Below the pieces are notes generated by a model. The model did not search any database. It had not been told where the DNA came from and saw nothing but the letters and a program-made list of their open reading frames with translations. This document shows positions 22,111-34,311 of a stretch of 43,059 nucleotides of DNA, in pieces (the stretch's first letter is position 1; each line of letters starts with the position of its first letter). This DNA is from Octopus sinensis. Taxonomy: Eukaryota. The translations under genes and the position numbers were made by a program. The DNA is taken from assembly GCF_006345805.1 (NCBI RefSeq), contig NW_021835014.1, forward strand, positions 1-43,059, given 5' to 3'.

Positions 22111-22532
22111 CTCTTTACTCTTTTACTCTTTTACTTGTTTCAGTCAGTTGACTGCGGCCATGCTGGAGCACCGCCTTTAGTCGAGCAACTCGACCCTGGG
22201 ACTTATTCTTTGTAAGCCCAGTACTTATTCTATGGGTCTCTTTTGCCAAACCGCTAAGTGACGGGGACATAAACACACCAGCATCGGTTGTCAAGCAATG
22301 CTAGAGGGACAAACACAGACACACAAACATACACGCACACACACACACACACATAAATATACATATATACGACGGGCTTCTTTCAGTTTCCGTCTAACAA
22401 ATCCACTCACAAGGCTTTGGTCAGCCCGAGGCTATAGTAGAAGACACTTGCCCAAGGTGCCACGCAGTGGGACTGAACCCGGAACCATGTGGTTGGTAAG
22501 CAAGCTACTTACCACACAGCCACTCCTGCGCC
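22111..22532 (-). mobile_element. SINE family A, young full-length copy
   Basis: Reverse complement of the family A consensus. Confidence 0.93.
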
Positions 22533-22893
22533 TATGTACATATATATATAATACACATATACACACATATACATAGATGTTCCTGTATATACACACGCAC
22601 GCACATATACATACATACATACATACAAATAAAAATAAACAAAAAAGGAAATCTTTATAATCAAGATGATCACCATTTATCATATAAAACATATCTACAC
22701 ACACACACTCACACATACACATACACACATAAATATATGCATATATATACATGTGCTTGATGAACGTTTGTACATGGTTACAAACTTTCGTCACACACAT
22801 ATGAACACGTGTACGTATATATGTTCCCGTATATACACAAGTATTTGCATGTATTTATGTTTTTGTCTGCGCCTGTGTCTTTATATATATATA

Positions 22894-23284
22894 CTAGCAG
22901 TATCGCCCGGCGTTGCTCGGGTTTGTAAGGGAAATAACTATATAAGCATTTTTAGAGAGTTATAGCCAAAAAATAGCAAAAAAGTGCATTAAAAATGGAA
23001 AAAAAAGATGGTAAATTTTTTTAAATCGTTGACTCGTAGACATTTTTAGAGAGTTACTTCCCTTATATAATAGCGAAAAAATGCATTAAAATGGAAAAAA
23101 ATGATGGTAAATTTTTTAAAAATCGTAGACTCATCGTAGACGCGCGCTAATACCCAGAAGGGCTCGATATGAATCACGACAATAAGATACCCGGTTTTGG
23201 TTAAACTGCACCGCAAAATGTGGGAGTAGTTAGGAATCTAAATCGTAGGAGACAGACACACAACTTCACTTTTATATATAAAGA
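22894..23284 (-). mobile_element. Non-autonomous Helitron
   Basis: Minus strand: A|TCTTTATATATAAAAGTG ... CCCGAGCAACGCCGGG hairpin, CTAG|T; no TSD. Confidence 0.9.
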
Positions 23285-23317
23285 TATATAGAATTCTTGT
23301 ATTTTGTGCATGTCTGT

Positions 23318-23365
<48 letters not shown>

Positions 23366-23777
23366 GCGCGCGCGCACACACACACAGACACACACACGCA
23401 CACACACACGCATACACTCACATGTGATAGATGACTCGCCATGTTAAACGAAGACAGCTAGATGGTGAATTTCTTCTATGCATGCTCTTAAGCCTTCCCA
23501 TCGTCTTAGTTCACTAGAAGGCGACCTCCAGTCTGTGTTCTTGGTGATTAAAAAGAAACTTCTTGATATATGAAATAATGGAGCTGTTATGCAAATAGAT
23601 TACCTTAATAAAGTGAGCGTAAGAAGGTCAAGTTTGGGACGTGAAACTTATTTTCTTTACTGTTGTGAATTTGATAAATCGGATCTTGGAAAGATATCAT
23701 GAGCGAGCACATACACTGAAAGATACTAAATCAGACGCGGACGCCCGCGCACACACACAATCGCATAACTGTACAGA

Positions 23778-23858
<81 letters not shown>

Positions 23859-23912
23859 GTCTGTCTGTCTGTCTGTCTACTTATCTATCTATCTATATGT
23901 ATATGTATGTAT
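23778..23912. repeat. (TATC)n/(TGTC)n microsatellite
   Basis: Direct reading. Confidence 0.92.
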
Positions 23913-24003
23913 GTACCAGACAGGGCATAAATAATGGTCATTAGATATTTTCTTTATTGTAGTAAATTTGACTTATACGCTAAAAGTAGATGTCAAATAC
24001 GTA

Positions 24004-24263
24004 CAATTTCATTCAAATTTTACACTTGCCTTACTTAGGGTCCAGGGAGTGTCATGGGCCAAAACTTGTTTAACTTTCTGCCTAGGGCGAGCCCACAGCA
24101 ATATCATATCTTCTCTACTATGAATCCCTAAAACTTGAGTACTACACAACCAATTTCATTCAAATTTTATACATGCCTTTCTTAGGGTCCATGTAGTGTC
24201 ACGGGCAATTTCTAACTTCTTGCCTAGGGCGAGCCCACAGCAATATCATATCTTCTCCACTAT
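24004..24263 (+). repeat. ~115-bp direct repeat pair (24004-24121 and 24152-24263)
   Basis: Both copies contain CAATTTCATTCAAATTTTA..CTTAGGGTCCA..GCCTAGGGCGAGCCCACAGCAATATCATATCTTCTC. Confidence 0.85.
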
Positions 24264-24508
24264 TTCAGTATTACGTGTTAAAAGTGAACCAAAAACATTT
24301 CTCTATTGTAATGACAGATACTTTCACTTTAATACTGAAACTATTATGGTCAAACTATTATATAAGAAGGATGAACCATTAACAGTGGACATCCATTTTG
24401 CTAGAAGAAGACTCGCTATGGTCTTATATGCTACACCATTGGTCTTCAATTCATATTAATGAAATTAATATTCAATTTCTCACCCTTATTATTTTAAATT
24501 TAAATTTA

Positions 24509-24672
24509 AACCCAGGACCATGTGTTTTGGAACGAAGTTTGTTACTACACAGTCACAAAACACATGGTCCTGGGTTCAGTACCACTGTGTGGTGACTTGG
24601 AATGTGCCTTCTGCTATAGCCACAGACCAACCAAAGCCTTGTCAGTGGATTTTGTAGACAGAACTGAAAGAA
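24509..24672. mobile_element. SINE family A head with a fold-back inverted duplication
   Basis: Perfect 21-bp inverted repeat at 24509-24529 and 24556-24576, then the family A body on +. Confidence 0.75.
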
Positions 24673-24821
24673 ATTTTCGATGTTGATGAAATTTCAACCA
24701 TGGGTAATTGACACACATCAAGAAGTATTCTCAAAGTTTCCACTTCACATGAGGATTCTAAGACACCGTAATGGGGGCCTTACCTCCCAAATTTTAGTCA
24801 TTGCTTTTATGATCCAAAACT

Positions 24822-25180
24822 AGGTCAAAAGTACTGCATAGTGCCAAGGACTCTAAATTTGCTCTCAAGATGGACAAGATACTGTGATAGCCTGGGTTTC
24901 AGAAGTCCACAGCTCTTCAATATCCTCCCGAAGGACCTGAGAGACCTGCATGGGGTGGATGTAGATGTCTTTAAAATAAAACTGGATCTCTTCCTGTCAG
25001 GTGTCCCAGATGAACCAACTTCACGGCAGGAGGTGCAGATGAGGGCAGCTGCATCAAACTCTCTCATGCACCAAATGTCAATTGCTAAAAAGCATCCGTG
25101 AAGTAAAATCATGTAGCAACACCGAATGGCGGTGCCCCAGCATGGCCACAGCTCGTGAGCTGAAACTAGATAAAATAAAA
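24822..25180 (+). mobile_element. CR1/L2-group LINE, 5'-truncated 3' end
   Basis: SLGFRSPQLFNILPKDLR..VDVFKIKLDLFLSGVPDEP..RAAASNSLMHQ (ORF2 C-terminus), short 3'UTR, (TAAAA)n tail. Confidence 0.8.
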
Positions 25181-25399
25181 TTTTTTAAAAATGGATCTTT
25201 ACGAAATTTGGAAATTATATTCTATGCATAAAGGCCACAACCCTCATGACAATTCATTTATTTTTGCTGTTGATGAAATTTTAACCATAGATATTAGATA
25301 CAAAGGAAGTAATATTTATAAAATTTCATCTTCTTACAAGTTAGAAAGACACCTTCATGGGGACTTAACACCCACAATTTTGTCATTTTATCTAAGCAA

Positions 25400-26140
25400 A
25401 GACGAATAGTTGTACTCTTTGAAGCTGTGGGGTCATCCGAGCATAGAAGATGAGCATTATTTGTAATTCAATGGTACAACAGTGTAAGAGTTTGCTTTGA
25501 CATACACTTAGATTGTGATTTCTGCAATGTGCTGCATAAATTGTCAAGTAAATGAGAGGCATCTTTACCTCCACTGATTCAGTTGCGAAGTGTTGAGTAA
25601 AGTTATTTGATTGCAGATCTCCTTTCAGTCTTTTTATTATCACTGGGTCACACATAATCCCCACATGGTAACATTGATTTCAAGGCCTTCCCAGATGAGC
25701 GACTGGTTATTCAAAGACATTTATAGATTGTATATTTATTCTGTCCAGTTACGTATCAGTATAGTGGTCATTTGCAAACTCCAACTTTCATTTCTCCAAA
25801 GCCCTCATGTCACGCAGTTAATATTTTTTTCAGTTGGGTCACGCCCTTCCAATTGCTATAGATTCGTAATGCATCTTACGGCTGTGCCTGTCACCTGTAT
25901 GGTGAAGAATTCTACATTGGGAGTGGTAACGACTAGGGTACTGTAGCTGACTGTTAATTGTGATCATTCGTCTTTTGGTTTTCTATAGACTGCGGAATGC
26001 ATCTCGCTTGGATATTTACCACTTCCGAGGTCCCGCTCGCTATGAAACATACGTAGCCCGGATCTTATCTGCTCCATTCCTTAACTCTTGTATTCTTTGC
26101 ATACCCGGCAGCCCTGGACGGCTTCCGTAAAATATAGAAA
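25400..26140 (-). mobile_element. Highly decayed Tc1-like transposase relic
   Basis: Ordered frameshifted motifs VTGTAVR, KLEFANDH..NW, VTMWG, IKRLKGDLQS, reminiscent of Tc1 transposases; no TIR found. Confidence 0.4.
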
Positions 26141-26302
26141 GAACTCTTTTCAGTTTATCATATTTCAATACAAAAAATCCTCAACCTTCCGTCTCGTTAA
26201 ACCATTATTGTCCCTGCAAGTTGTTATTATATTTACTTCGGATTAATCGAAACTAACTTTCTTATTACACCTCGATCCCTGGATCTTATATCTATATACT
26301 AT

Positions 26303-26342
<40 letters not shown>

Positions 26343-26347
<5 letters not shown>

Positions 26348-26467
26348 GACGGGCTTTTTTCAGTTTCCGTCTACTAAAATCCACTCATGAGGCTTTGGTC
26401 GTCAAGGTGCCACGCAGTGGAACTAAATCCAGAACCATGTGGTTGGGAAGCAAAGAGCCACACCTGT
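26343..26467 (-). mobile_element. SINE family A, 5' fragment
   Basis: CGACGGGC..TTCAGTTTCCGTCTAC..AAGGTGCCACGCAGTGG. Confidence 0.8.
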
Positions 26468-26970
26468 GTACATACACACACACATACATACATACATACA
26501 TACATACATACATACATACATACATACATACATACATACACACACTGTATGTAAAATTATTAGGCAGCTCAGTTTTTTCGCAATAACAGAATATTTATTT
26601 GTTCGAATCCAGATATTTTCCCACTCATGATAACACCCATCTGCATGTACTGTACCAAAATAATCCGATCCACCCATACGTGAAGAGACAACGGCCATTT
26701 TTGTTTCTAGGCATCATTTTTACCGTCCTAAATTATTAGGTATGTCTAATAAAATGTTAATTATGCAAAAACATTCATTTCATGCCACAATTAATTTTTA
26801 ATAACAAATATAGTCATAACGGAATTTATAATGAACATAATATGTATGAACAGAAATAATACAAGAAATATAACGTCATAAAGTTTTTGATAATGGATGT
26901 ATGATCCTCTGCATCAGAGAACGTTCCTGATGCGTTTATCCAGTGAATTTGTCAGGGTAACTATTTCATC

Positions 26971-27393
26971 TCTTTTACTCTCTTTTACTCTTTTACTTGT
27001 TTCAGTCATTTGACTGCGGCCATGCTGGAGCACCGCCTTTAGTCGAGCAAATCGACCCCGGGACTTATTCTTTGTAAGCCCAGTACTTATTCTATCGGTC
27101 TCTTTTTGCCGAACCGCTAAGTTACGGGGACGTAAACACACCAGCATCGGTTGTCAAGAAATGCTAGGGGGACAAACACAGACACACAAACATATACACA
27201 CACACATATATATATACATATACATATATACGACGGGCTTCTTTCAGTTTCCGTCTACCAAATCCACTCACAAGGCATTGGTCGGCCCGGGGCTATAGCA
27301 GAAGACACTTGCCCAAGATGTCACGCAGTGGGACTGAACCCGGAACCATGTGGTTGGTTAGCAAGCTACTTACCACACAGCCACTCCTGCGCC
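26971..27393 (-). mobile_element. SINE family A inserted in the DD37E transposase
   Basis: Removing it, with a ~4-bp duplication (ATCT), rejoins ..ENITPD|EIVTLTNSLDKR. Confidence 0.93.
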
Positions 27394-28519
27394 TATCTGG
27401 TGTAATATTTTCAGCAGCATCCACAATAGCTTCCCAGAGCGCATCTTTCGTTGAAAACCGTCGTCTGTCTGGATATATCTTCCTCTTCAGAATACACCAT
27501 AGATTTTCAATCGGGTTTAAGTCGGGTGAACACGTTGGCCACTTCATCAAACGGTGTCCAGAGAAGCCTAATTGCTGTAGGTATTCTAGAGATTTCTTAG
27601 CTGCAAGGGAAGGCGCATTATCTTGCATGAATACCAGCGTTTTCTTTAATGAAGCTTTCTGCTTCTTCAACCATGTCTTAAAATTGTCCTCCAAAAAGGC
27701 AACATAAACATTAGATATCATCTTAATTCCGTCTGGAGCTTTCCAAGGACCAACCAACTTTTCTCTAATGATGCCAGCCCAAATCGTGACTCCACCTCAC
27801 CTTTGTCGGCGTCTCAAACGATGAGGACGATTTCCGCTAATTGCAACCTACCTTTTACTCCACCCATCTGATCCGTCTAGGATACTACGGCATTCGTCAG
27901 TAAATAGGACTTTTGAAAAATCTATCTTCATGTAGTCTTCTGCCCATTTGATTCTATTTTGGTTATGAACAGCTTTCAGAAGGGGCCTCGTAACAGGAGT
28001 TACGTTCTTAGCTATCTGTTTCAGGAAGCGACACCTGGTAGATTTCGAAATGTCTTTCCTACCACAACGTTTAAACCCTTCTCGACTACTCAGACACGTG
28101 TTCTTCGCAACTTCCCTCGTTATACGTGACAGGGTACGCCTGGAAACAACCCTCGGTTAACCCATGTCAGCTCTCGAACGGACAGCAGAAAACTCCACAA
28201 ATTTCTTTACAGTTCGATGATCTCTTCCCAGGATCTTTGATATTTCTAGAGTCATTTTTGTTCTTCCAAGCTCTGAGACGATGGTGGACTTCTCATTTGA
28301 TGTTAAATCACGTTTTTGACCCATAATAACACTTTTATTGGGCACTTGCCTAATAATTTAGGACGGTAAAATTGTTGCTGTTTCACGATGACTTGAGTTC
28401 TGATGTATATGAAAATTAGATTTGTTGTTCACTCCCTCAATATATAATGCTTGGAAAAACAAAGTAAGTCACTTCGAAGTCACTGAATCGGGTCAATGAA
28501 CCGGATTAAGGGTCGCTTT

Positions 28520-28695
28520 TTATCTTTTACTTATTCCAATTATCAGGCTGCGGTCATGCTGGGGCACCGCCTTGAAGAATTTTAGTCAAACGAATCGACT
28601 ACTGGTCCTTTACTCTATCGGTTCCTTCTTGCTGAACCGCTAAGTTACGGGTGATATAAACACACCAACATCGATTGTCAGGCGGTGATAGGGGA

Positions 28696-28730
<35 letters not shown>

Positions 28731-28874
28731 CGTTCTTTCTTTCAGTTTCCGTTTACCAAATCCATTCACAAGACTTGAGAGTATAGCAGAAAGAGAAGGT
28801 GTCACGCAGTGGGATTGAATATGGAACTTAGCGTTTGGGAAGCAAAGTTCTTATCACAGAGCCACGTCTACGCC
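28520..28874 (-). mobile_element. SINE family A, older copy
   Basis: Diverged family A motifs. Confidence 0.82.
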
Positions 28875-29037
28875 TACAGTGTAGACATATCTACTTTGTA
28901 TGTTATGCTGCAGACCCCTTGATAGCAACCCCGTTACATTTTACGCTCTGGTGTTTATTTTGGCGATTTATATATGCAAATTGGTTAATATGGTTAAATT
29001 ACCATTTTGATACAGCGTGGGTGAACTTTAACTCGTG

Positions 29038-29295
29038 GCACACGCACACACACACACACACACACGCACGCACACACACACATGTACACACACACACATA
29101 CACACACACATACACACATGTACACACACACACATACACACACACATACACACACACACAGGCACACACACACATAGGCATACACACACACACAGACACA
29201 CACACACACATACACACATACACACACAGGCACACACACACACACACACATACACACATACACACACAGGCACACACGCACATGTACACACACTC
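29038..29295. repeat. (CA)n-rich compound microsatellite
   Basis: Direct reading. Confidence 0.92.
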
Positions 29296-29509
29296 GTGCG
29301 CATAAAGGTATATTGCATGTTGTTCTTAACTTTGAGGTACTTTCTGAAATTACATTGATTTTTCTTCCTGATCACAAATTTGAAGTGTAGGGTATCGAGA
29401 ACATAATCTACCCCATTACATTATCCGTACTTGCTACAGCGACCGTGGAAATAGAAAAGACAATGTCGGTGACGATGAGGTTTGGATTTAGAATGTAAAG
29501 ATACATATA

Positions 29510-29918
29510 GGCGCTGGAGTGGCTGTGTGGTAAGTAGCTTGCTAACCAGCCACATGGTTCCGGGTTCAGTCCCACTGCGTGGCATCTTGGGCAAGTGTCT
29601 TCTGCTATAGCCTCGGGCCGACCAATGCCTTGTGAGTGGTATTGGTAGACGGAAACTGAAAGAAGCCCATCGTATATATGTATATATATATATGTGCATG
29701 TGTGTGTTTGTGTGTCTGTGTTTGTTCCCCTAGCATTGCTTGACAACCGATGCTGGTGTGTTTACGTCGCCGTCACTTAGCGGTTCGGCAAAAGAGACCG
29801 ATAGAATAAGTACTGGGCTTACAAAGAATAAGTCCTGGGGTCGATTTGCTCGACTAGAGGCGATGCTCCAGCATGGCCGCAGTCAAATGACTGAAACAAG
29901 TAAAAGAGTAAAAAAGTA
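29510..29918 (+). mobile_element. SINE family A, young full-length copy
   Basis: Family A consensus. Confidence 0.93.
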
Positions 29919-30422
29919 ACTGAATAATTTTCGCTTCTTTTCTTCCCTACTAAGCACAAAATTCCTACATTATGAGAGAGGGAAAAAAAATAGAAGAAAA
30001 ACTAAGAAATATTTTAACATTCATGATTTTTCCATAGGAACTATCTGCGTAACTGAACTTACGACATTTGAAGATCAAGACTTAATGGTAATTTCCTCTA
30101 ACCAGACATGTAGCCGAAAATGAAATTTCTTATATTAAAAAAATTATGATAATGTAGACGGGAAACGTCCTGTATGACATTGTAGAAAATGTAATTCCAG
30201 AACGGAAGTGAACAAGAGGTGGGAGGTAAAGGAAAGAATGAGCGAGGAAAAAGAGTGTAGAGAATAGGAAAGCAACAGGAGACGTACATTTTGATTAATT
30301 GCTAATATATTTCCCAGAAATTGAGTTTAGACTCTCTCAAAAAGTGTCATAAATTCTGGTTGAAGTTTCTATAGTATATATCTATTCATGATATGAATGT
30401 GTGTGTGAGTCTATATATATAT

Positions 30423-30425
<3 letters not shown>

Positions 30426-30495
<70 letters not shown>

Positions 30496-30546
30496 GGGAG
30501 AGAGAGAGAGAAAGGGAGAGAGAGAAGGGGAAAGAGAAGGAGAGAG
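30426..30546. repeat. (GA)n polypurine tract
   Basis: Direct reading. Confidence 0.93.
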
Positions 30547-30790
30547 TAGCAGTATAGACCCACGACTTTCTATGTCCACTTTTGAAAATCAGAAAAGTCT
30601 GTCAAACCGGTTAAACCTTTAAAAGTAAACCATCTATAAAACCACCCTGCGCATTTTCAACTTTCCTCCCTACCTCTCTCTTTTTCTCACTCTCCTTCTC
30701 TCTCTCTCTCTTTGGATATATATGCGTGTGTGTGTGTGTATTTATGTCTGTGGTGAGTACATATAACAGTATGTATGAAATTATATATAC

Positions 30791-30824
<34 letters not shown>

Positions 30825-31058
30825 GCTCTTTTACTCTCTTACTCGTTTCAGCCATGAGGCTGCGGTCATGCTGGAGCACCACCGAGGTCTTTCTGATTTA
30901 TTCAGTCTGGGGGTGTTTCTCATCACCACTCCTGTTGTAAATTTATCCCAAATGTATGCATATATATTTACACACACACAAAATATACAGTATTTCTCTA
31001 CCTCTCTCTGTATATACATACATACATACATACATACATACATACATACATACATACA

Positions 31059-31094
<36 letters not shown>

Positions 31095-31115
31095 TACATA
31101 AATATACATATACAC

Positions 31116-31170
<55 letters not shown>

Positions 31171-31255
31171 AGAGTTTACGAAAAAAAACAAAAGACGAAG
31201 ACAGGTGGTGTACAAAACAAACAGATGTATTAGTATAACGCTCAGAATAGAAAAA

Positions 31256-31288
31256 GTCTTTTACGTTTCGAGCCTACGCTCCTCTACA

Positions 31289-31291
<3 letters not shown>
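31256..31291 (-). ncRNA. Degenerate minimal hammerhead ribozyme motif (5' stem I truncated)
   Basis: TT-CTGTAGAG-GAGC-GTAG-GCTC-GAAA-CGTA-AAAGA. Confidence 0.5.
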
Positions 31292-31355
<64 letters not shown>

Positions 31356-31455
31356 TAACGGGAAGCTTTATGAAAAATAGACAAACGACGAAGGCAGGTG
31401 GAAAACAAACAAACAATTGTATTAGTATGGCGCTCAGGAAATATAAATAAAACAA

Positions 31456-31493
31456 GTCTTTAACGTTTCGAGCCTACGCTCTTCACAGAAAGA
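31456..31493 (-). ncRNA. Degenerate minimal hammerhead ribozyme motif
   Basis: TCTTT-CTGTGAA-GAGC-GTAG-GCTC-GAAA-CGTT-AAAGA: perfect stems I and II, core lacks one base relative to CTGANGA. Confidence 0.55.
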
Positions 31494-31635
31494 TACAGAG
31501 AGAAAAAAACACAGAAAGAAGGAGAGAAAAAAAATGCGTGCAGTAACTAACGAATCAACATGGCGATCTGATTTCGGCCAGAGGTCAAAGATCAAACATG
31601 AGACGCGAGAGCGAAATAAGCGGAGATAATAGGGT

Positions 31636-31666
<31 letters not shown>

Positions 31667-33213
31667 TGTAATTTTTTGATTCCATGAATCGTGTGGGTAC
31701 CACAGACGGCTCCTCTAGCCAACTCGGCTAACAGACGATGATGTTTTGGTGATTGCATTGTCTAATGCGTAACATGCATATTAGTGCAGACATGTAAGCA
31801 TAATTTATTATTCCCTGAAATTATTATTACATGAAGAAGGCTGCGAAATGGCCGCAATCCTGATGATGACAAGTGGTTAAATAAATATATTTACCTCTCA
31901 TACCTCCCGATGTATATATATAAATGGAACAAAAACGCAATAGAGTACAATAAAACTTTCGGACAGATAGACATGCACACATTGATCTGTTGTTGGATAA
32001 GGATCCGGAGAATACAAACGTAGTGCAGTAGTTTATTTAACGTGGTCCAGTGGCCCGTTGCTCTGGAGTTTTCACAGTGTGCGGTTGCTTCTCTACAACC
32101 AGTTGCATAACGTGGAAACCTCAGAGTAACAGGCAACAGGATCTGCTTAAACACACGGGCGCACCCCCTACATCTATGTATTTTGCAAGGGTGTCATTCG
32201 ACCAACAAACACGTACACACTAGTGCCAAATAACTGAGTTGTCAAACTCTTTCGTTACATGCTTAATATGCTTCGAGCCTTTTGAATGAGTTCTCAGAAG
32301 ACGTTATTGAGTACACAGACGTGGCCATCCCACTTACAATTTATAGATATCTGGGAACTATATATTGTCCAATCTATTCTTCGTTATATAACATGGTAAA
32401 ATGTGTTTTGAGGGACGTTTGATTGCTATTTCAGCAGGCGGCTCGTACATCCGCTTAGAGTTTCCTTCACCATCCCTTAAATTATCGATGGATGGAAGAG
32501 TTAAACGAGCATTTTTTCCATCAAAACTTGCTCATCTAATTTGTATAATAGTTCAAAGCGATATTTTAATGAACCTTTTTAAAAGCTCGACCATTACTAT
32601 TTGGGACTCACCGCTCACCATCCACACAAATATTATTGTCAATGGTTTTTAGAATCACGTACGCATTCTCATAGCGGCTATCATAGCAACATTGAAGTAT
32701 TGTTACAGAACAAAGCACAAAACCATACGCATTCATCATTTATATTCATTTAGATGACACAAAGTGCATGCGTTTTTCAAATTATTCAAATAGATGTCTG
32801 ATAAAAATGTAAACGAATGCAGATTAAAACACAATAATATATGAATAATTTATTCCACTAGTATGTGGGTGGAATAGTTTTTCTATAGAAGTTAGAGCAT
32901 CTCTGTTTACTATTTTAACATTCTACCAAAACAAACCTTTCAGCACAGCTTCGAAGATGACGAATACATAATACAGATATACTTTTTTTGTATTAACAAA
33001 CACATGCCTGTCTGTCTGTTTGTCTGTCTGTGTCTGTCTGCCTGTCTGTCCTTCTGTTCGCGTAGGCATAACTGGGTGTTTAGAATTTGGCTTCTCAACC
33101 ACATAGCTTTGGGTTCAATGACACTGCATGTCTTCTACTATGGTCCTAGACCGACCAAGCTTCGTGAGTGGATTTGGTTGACGGAAAGTGAAATAAGACC
33201 GTCATATTATGTA

Positions 33214-34135
33214 CAGGGTGCGATAAATAAATTGTCGTCTAAATTACGCAAAAATGAAAATAACACCGACATCTCATTTTAACAGATATATTTACCAAAA
33301 TTACATAAAAATATCTTGAAATACTAAAGAGTAAATTTGTTCAATAAAATCGCCATTGGCTTCAACCACGGCCTCCAAGCGACTTCGGAATCTTTTGCAG
33401 CTCTTCTGGACTGTCTCCTTGTTTAAATTGGTTAGTGCTGCCATAATTCCTGCCTCCAGTTTATCTTTGGTGCTATAAGGAGTTTTGTTGGTCTCTCGTT
33501 CAACTGCGCCCCACAAATAATAATCAAGGGTGTTGTAGTCTGGGAAGTTAGGTGCCCAGATGTTAGGGGTGTTGTGGTCGCAGAAATTGTCAGACGGCCA
33601 TGACTGGGTTCTCCTGCTTGAATAGCATGGTGCAAAGTCCTGTTGCCAGACATAGGGTCTTCCAGCAACCACCCTCTTGACCCAGGGGCAGCACTACCTC
33701 TTCCAGGCACTTGATGTAGGCCTCCATGTTGAGTCTCAGGCTTGTGGGAAGATGAATGGAGAAAAACCAAAGCATGTTTGGTTGGAAGGGATGCTTGAGT
33801 CTGTTCAAAAGCTTTTGTCTTCGATGGCTTGGGATAAAAATTAGACCTTTCTCATCTTGTATGAAGAATACCGAATGTCTTTATGCCCTACATGCAATGT
33901 CCTTGGCAATGGACCTGATTGACTTGGAGGGATCGTTGTCAATCATGGCCTAGATCTCACCAATAAATTCAAGAGTTTTCTTTCTTATCAGAGTAAGTTT
34001 TCCGAGCTGCCGTACCTTCATAATCACCATTAGACTCGTCCAACTCTTTCCGAATCCTCTGCACTGTTCTTAGATTGATACCCAAACACTCTGAAATGTT
34101 CGTATAGGAGCTTCCGGTCCGAATGCCAAGCAGTA
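33214..34135 (-). mobile_element. DD37D (maT-family) transposon, decayed and internally deleted
   Basis: WQQDFAPC-37aa-PDYNTLDYYLW; AMIDNDPSKSIRSIAKD; TA|CAGGGTG terminus at 33212-33220; other end not found. Confidence 0.85.
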
Positions 34136-34311
34136 CAGCACACACACACGGGCGCGCGAATCACAGACAAATACTCACACACGTATCTACACAAATTCAC
34201 GCACGGACGTAATATTTTTTCCGTGTCGGTTAAACTAAAGAACCTCATTCTTTAAAATCTTTCAGATGCCTGTATGAATGATCGTTATCTCGGCAATTAT
34301 AGCATGCTATA

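Larger units (their letters stand above)
26543..28881 (-). mobile_element. Tc1-family DD37E (TRT-like) transposon, inactivated, with two SINE insertions
   Basis: MGQKRDLT..RDHRT N-terminus (ATG at 28324), FTDE, QDNAP-37aa-SPDLNPIE; AATTATTAGG motifs at about 26555, 26731 and inverted at 28349-28358; the right end rests only on a TACAGTG|TA remnant at 28875-28883. Confidence 0.85.
31167..31635 (-). mobile_element. Two tandem PLE-derived repeats (31167-31291 and 31358-31635) separated and flanked by (TA)n
   Basis: Mutually homologous and homologous to 950-1126; each carries GAGCGTAGGCTCGAAACGT. Confidence 0.7.

Noticed and set aside
26723-28366. TA-flanked inverted pair taken as the true ends of the Tc1 element
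   Set aside because: A further copy of the motif with a CACTG start lies at 26543, so these are more likely inner repeats
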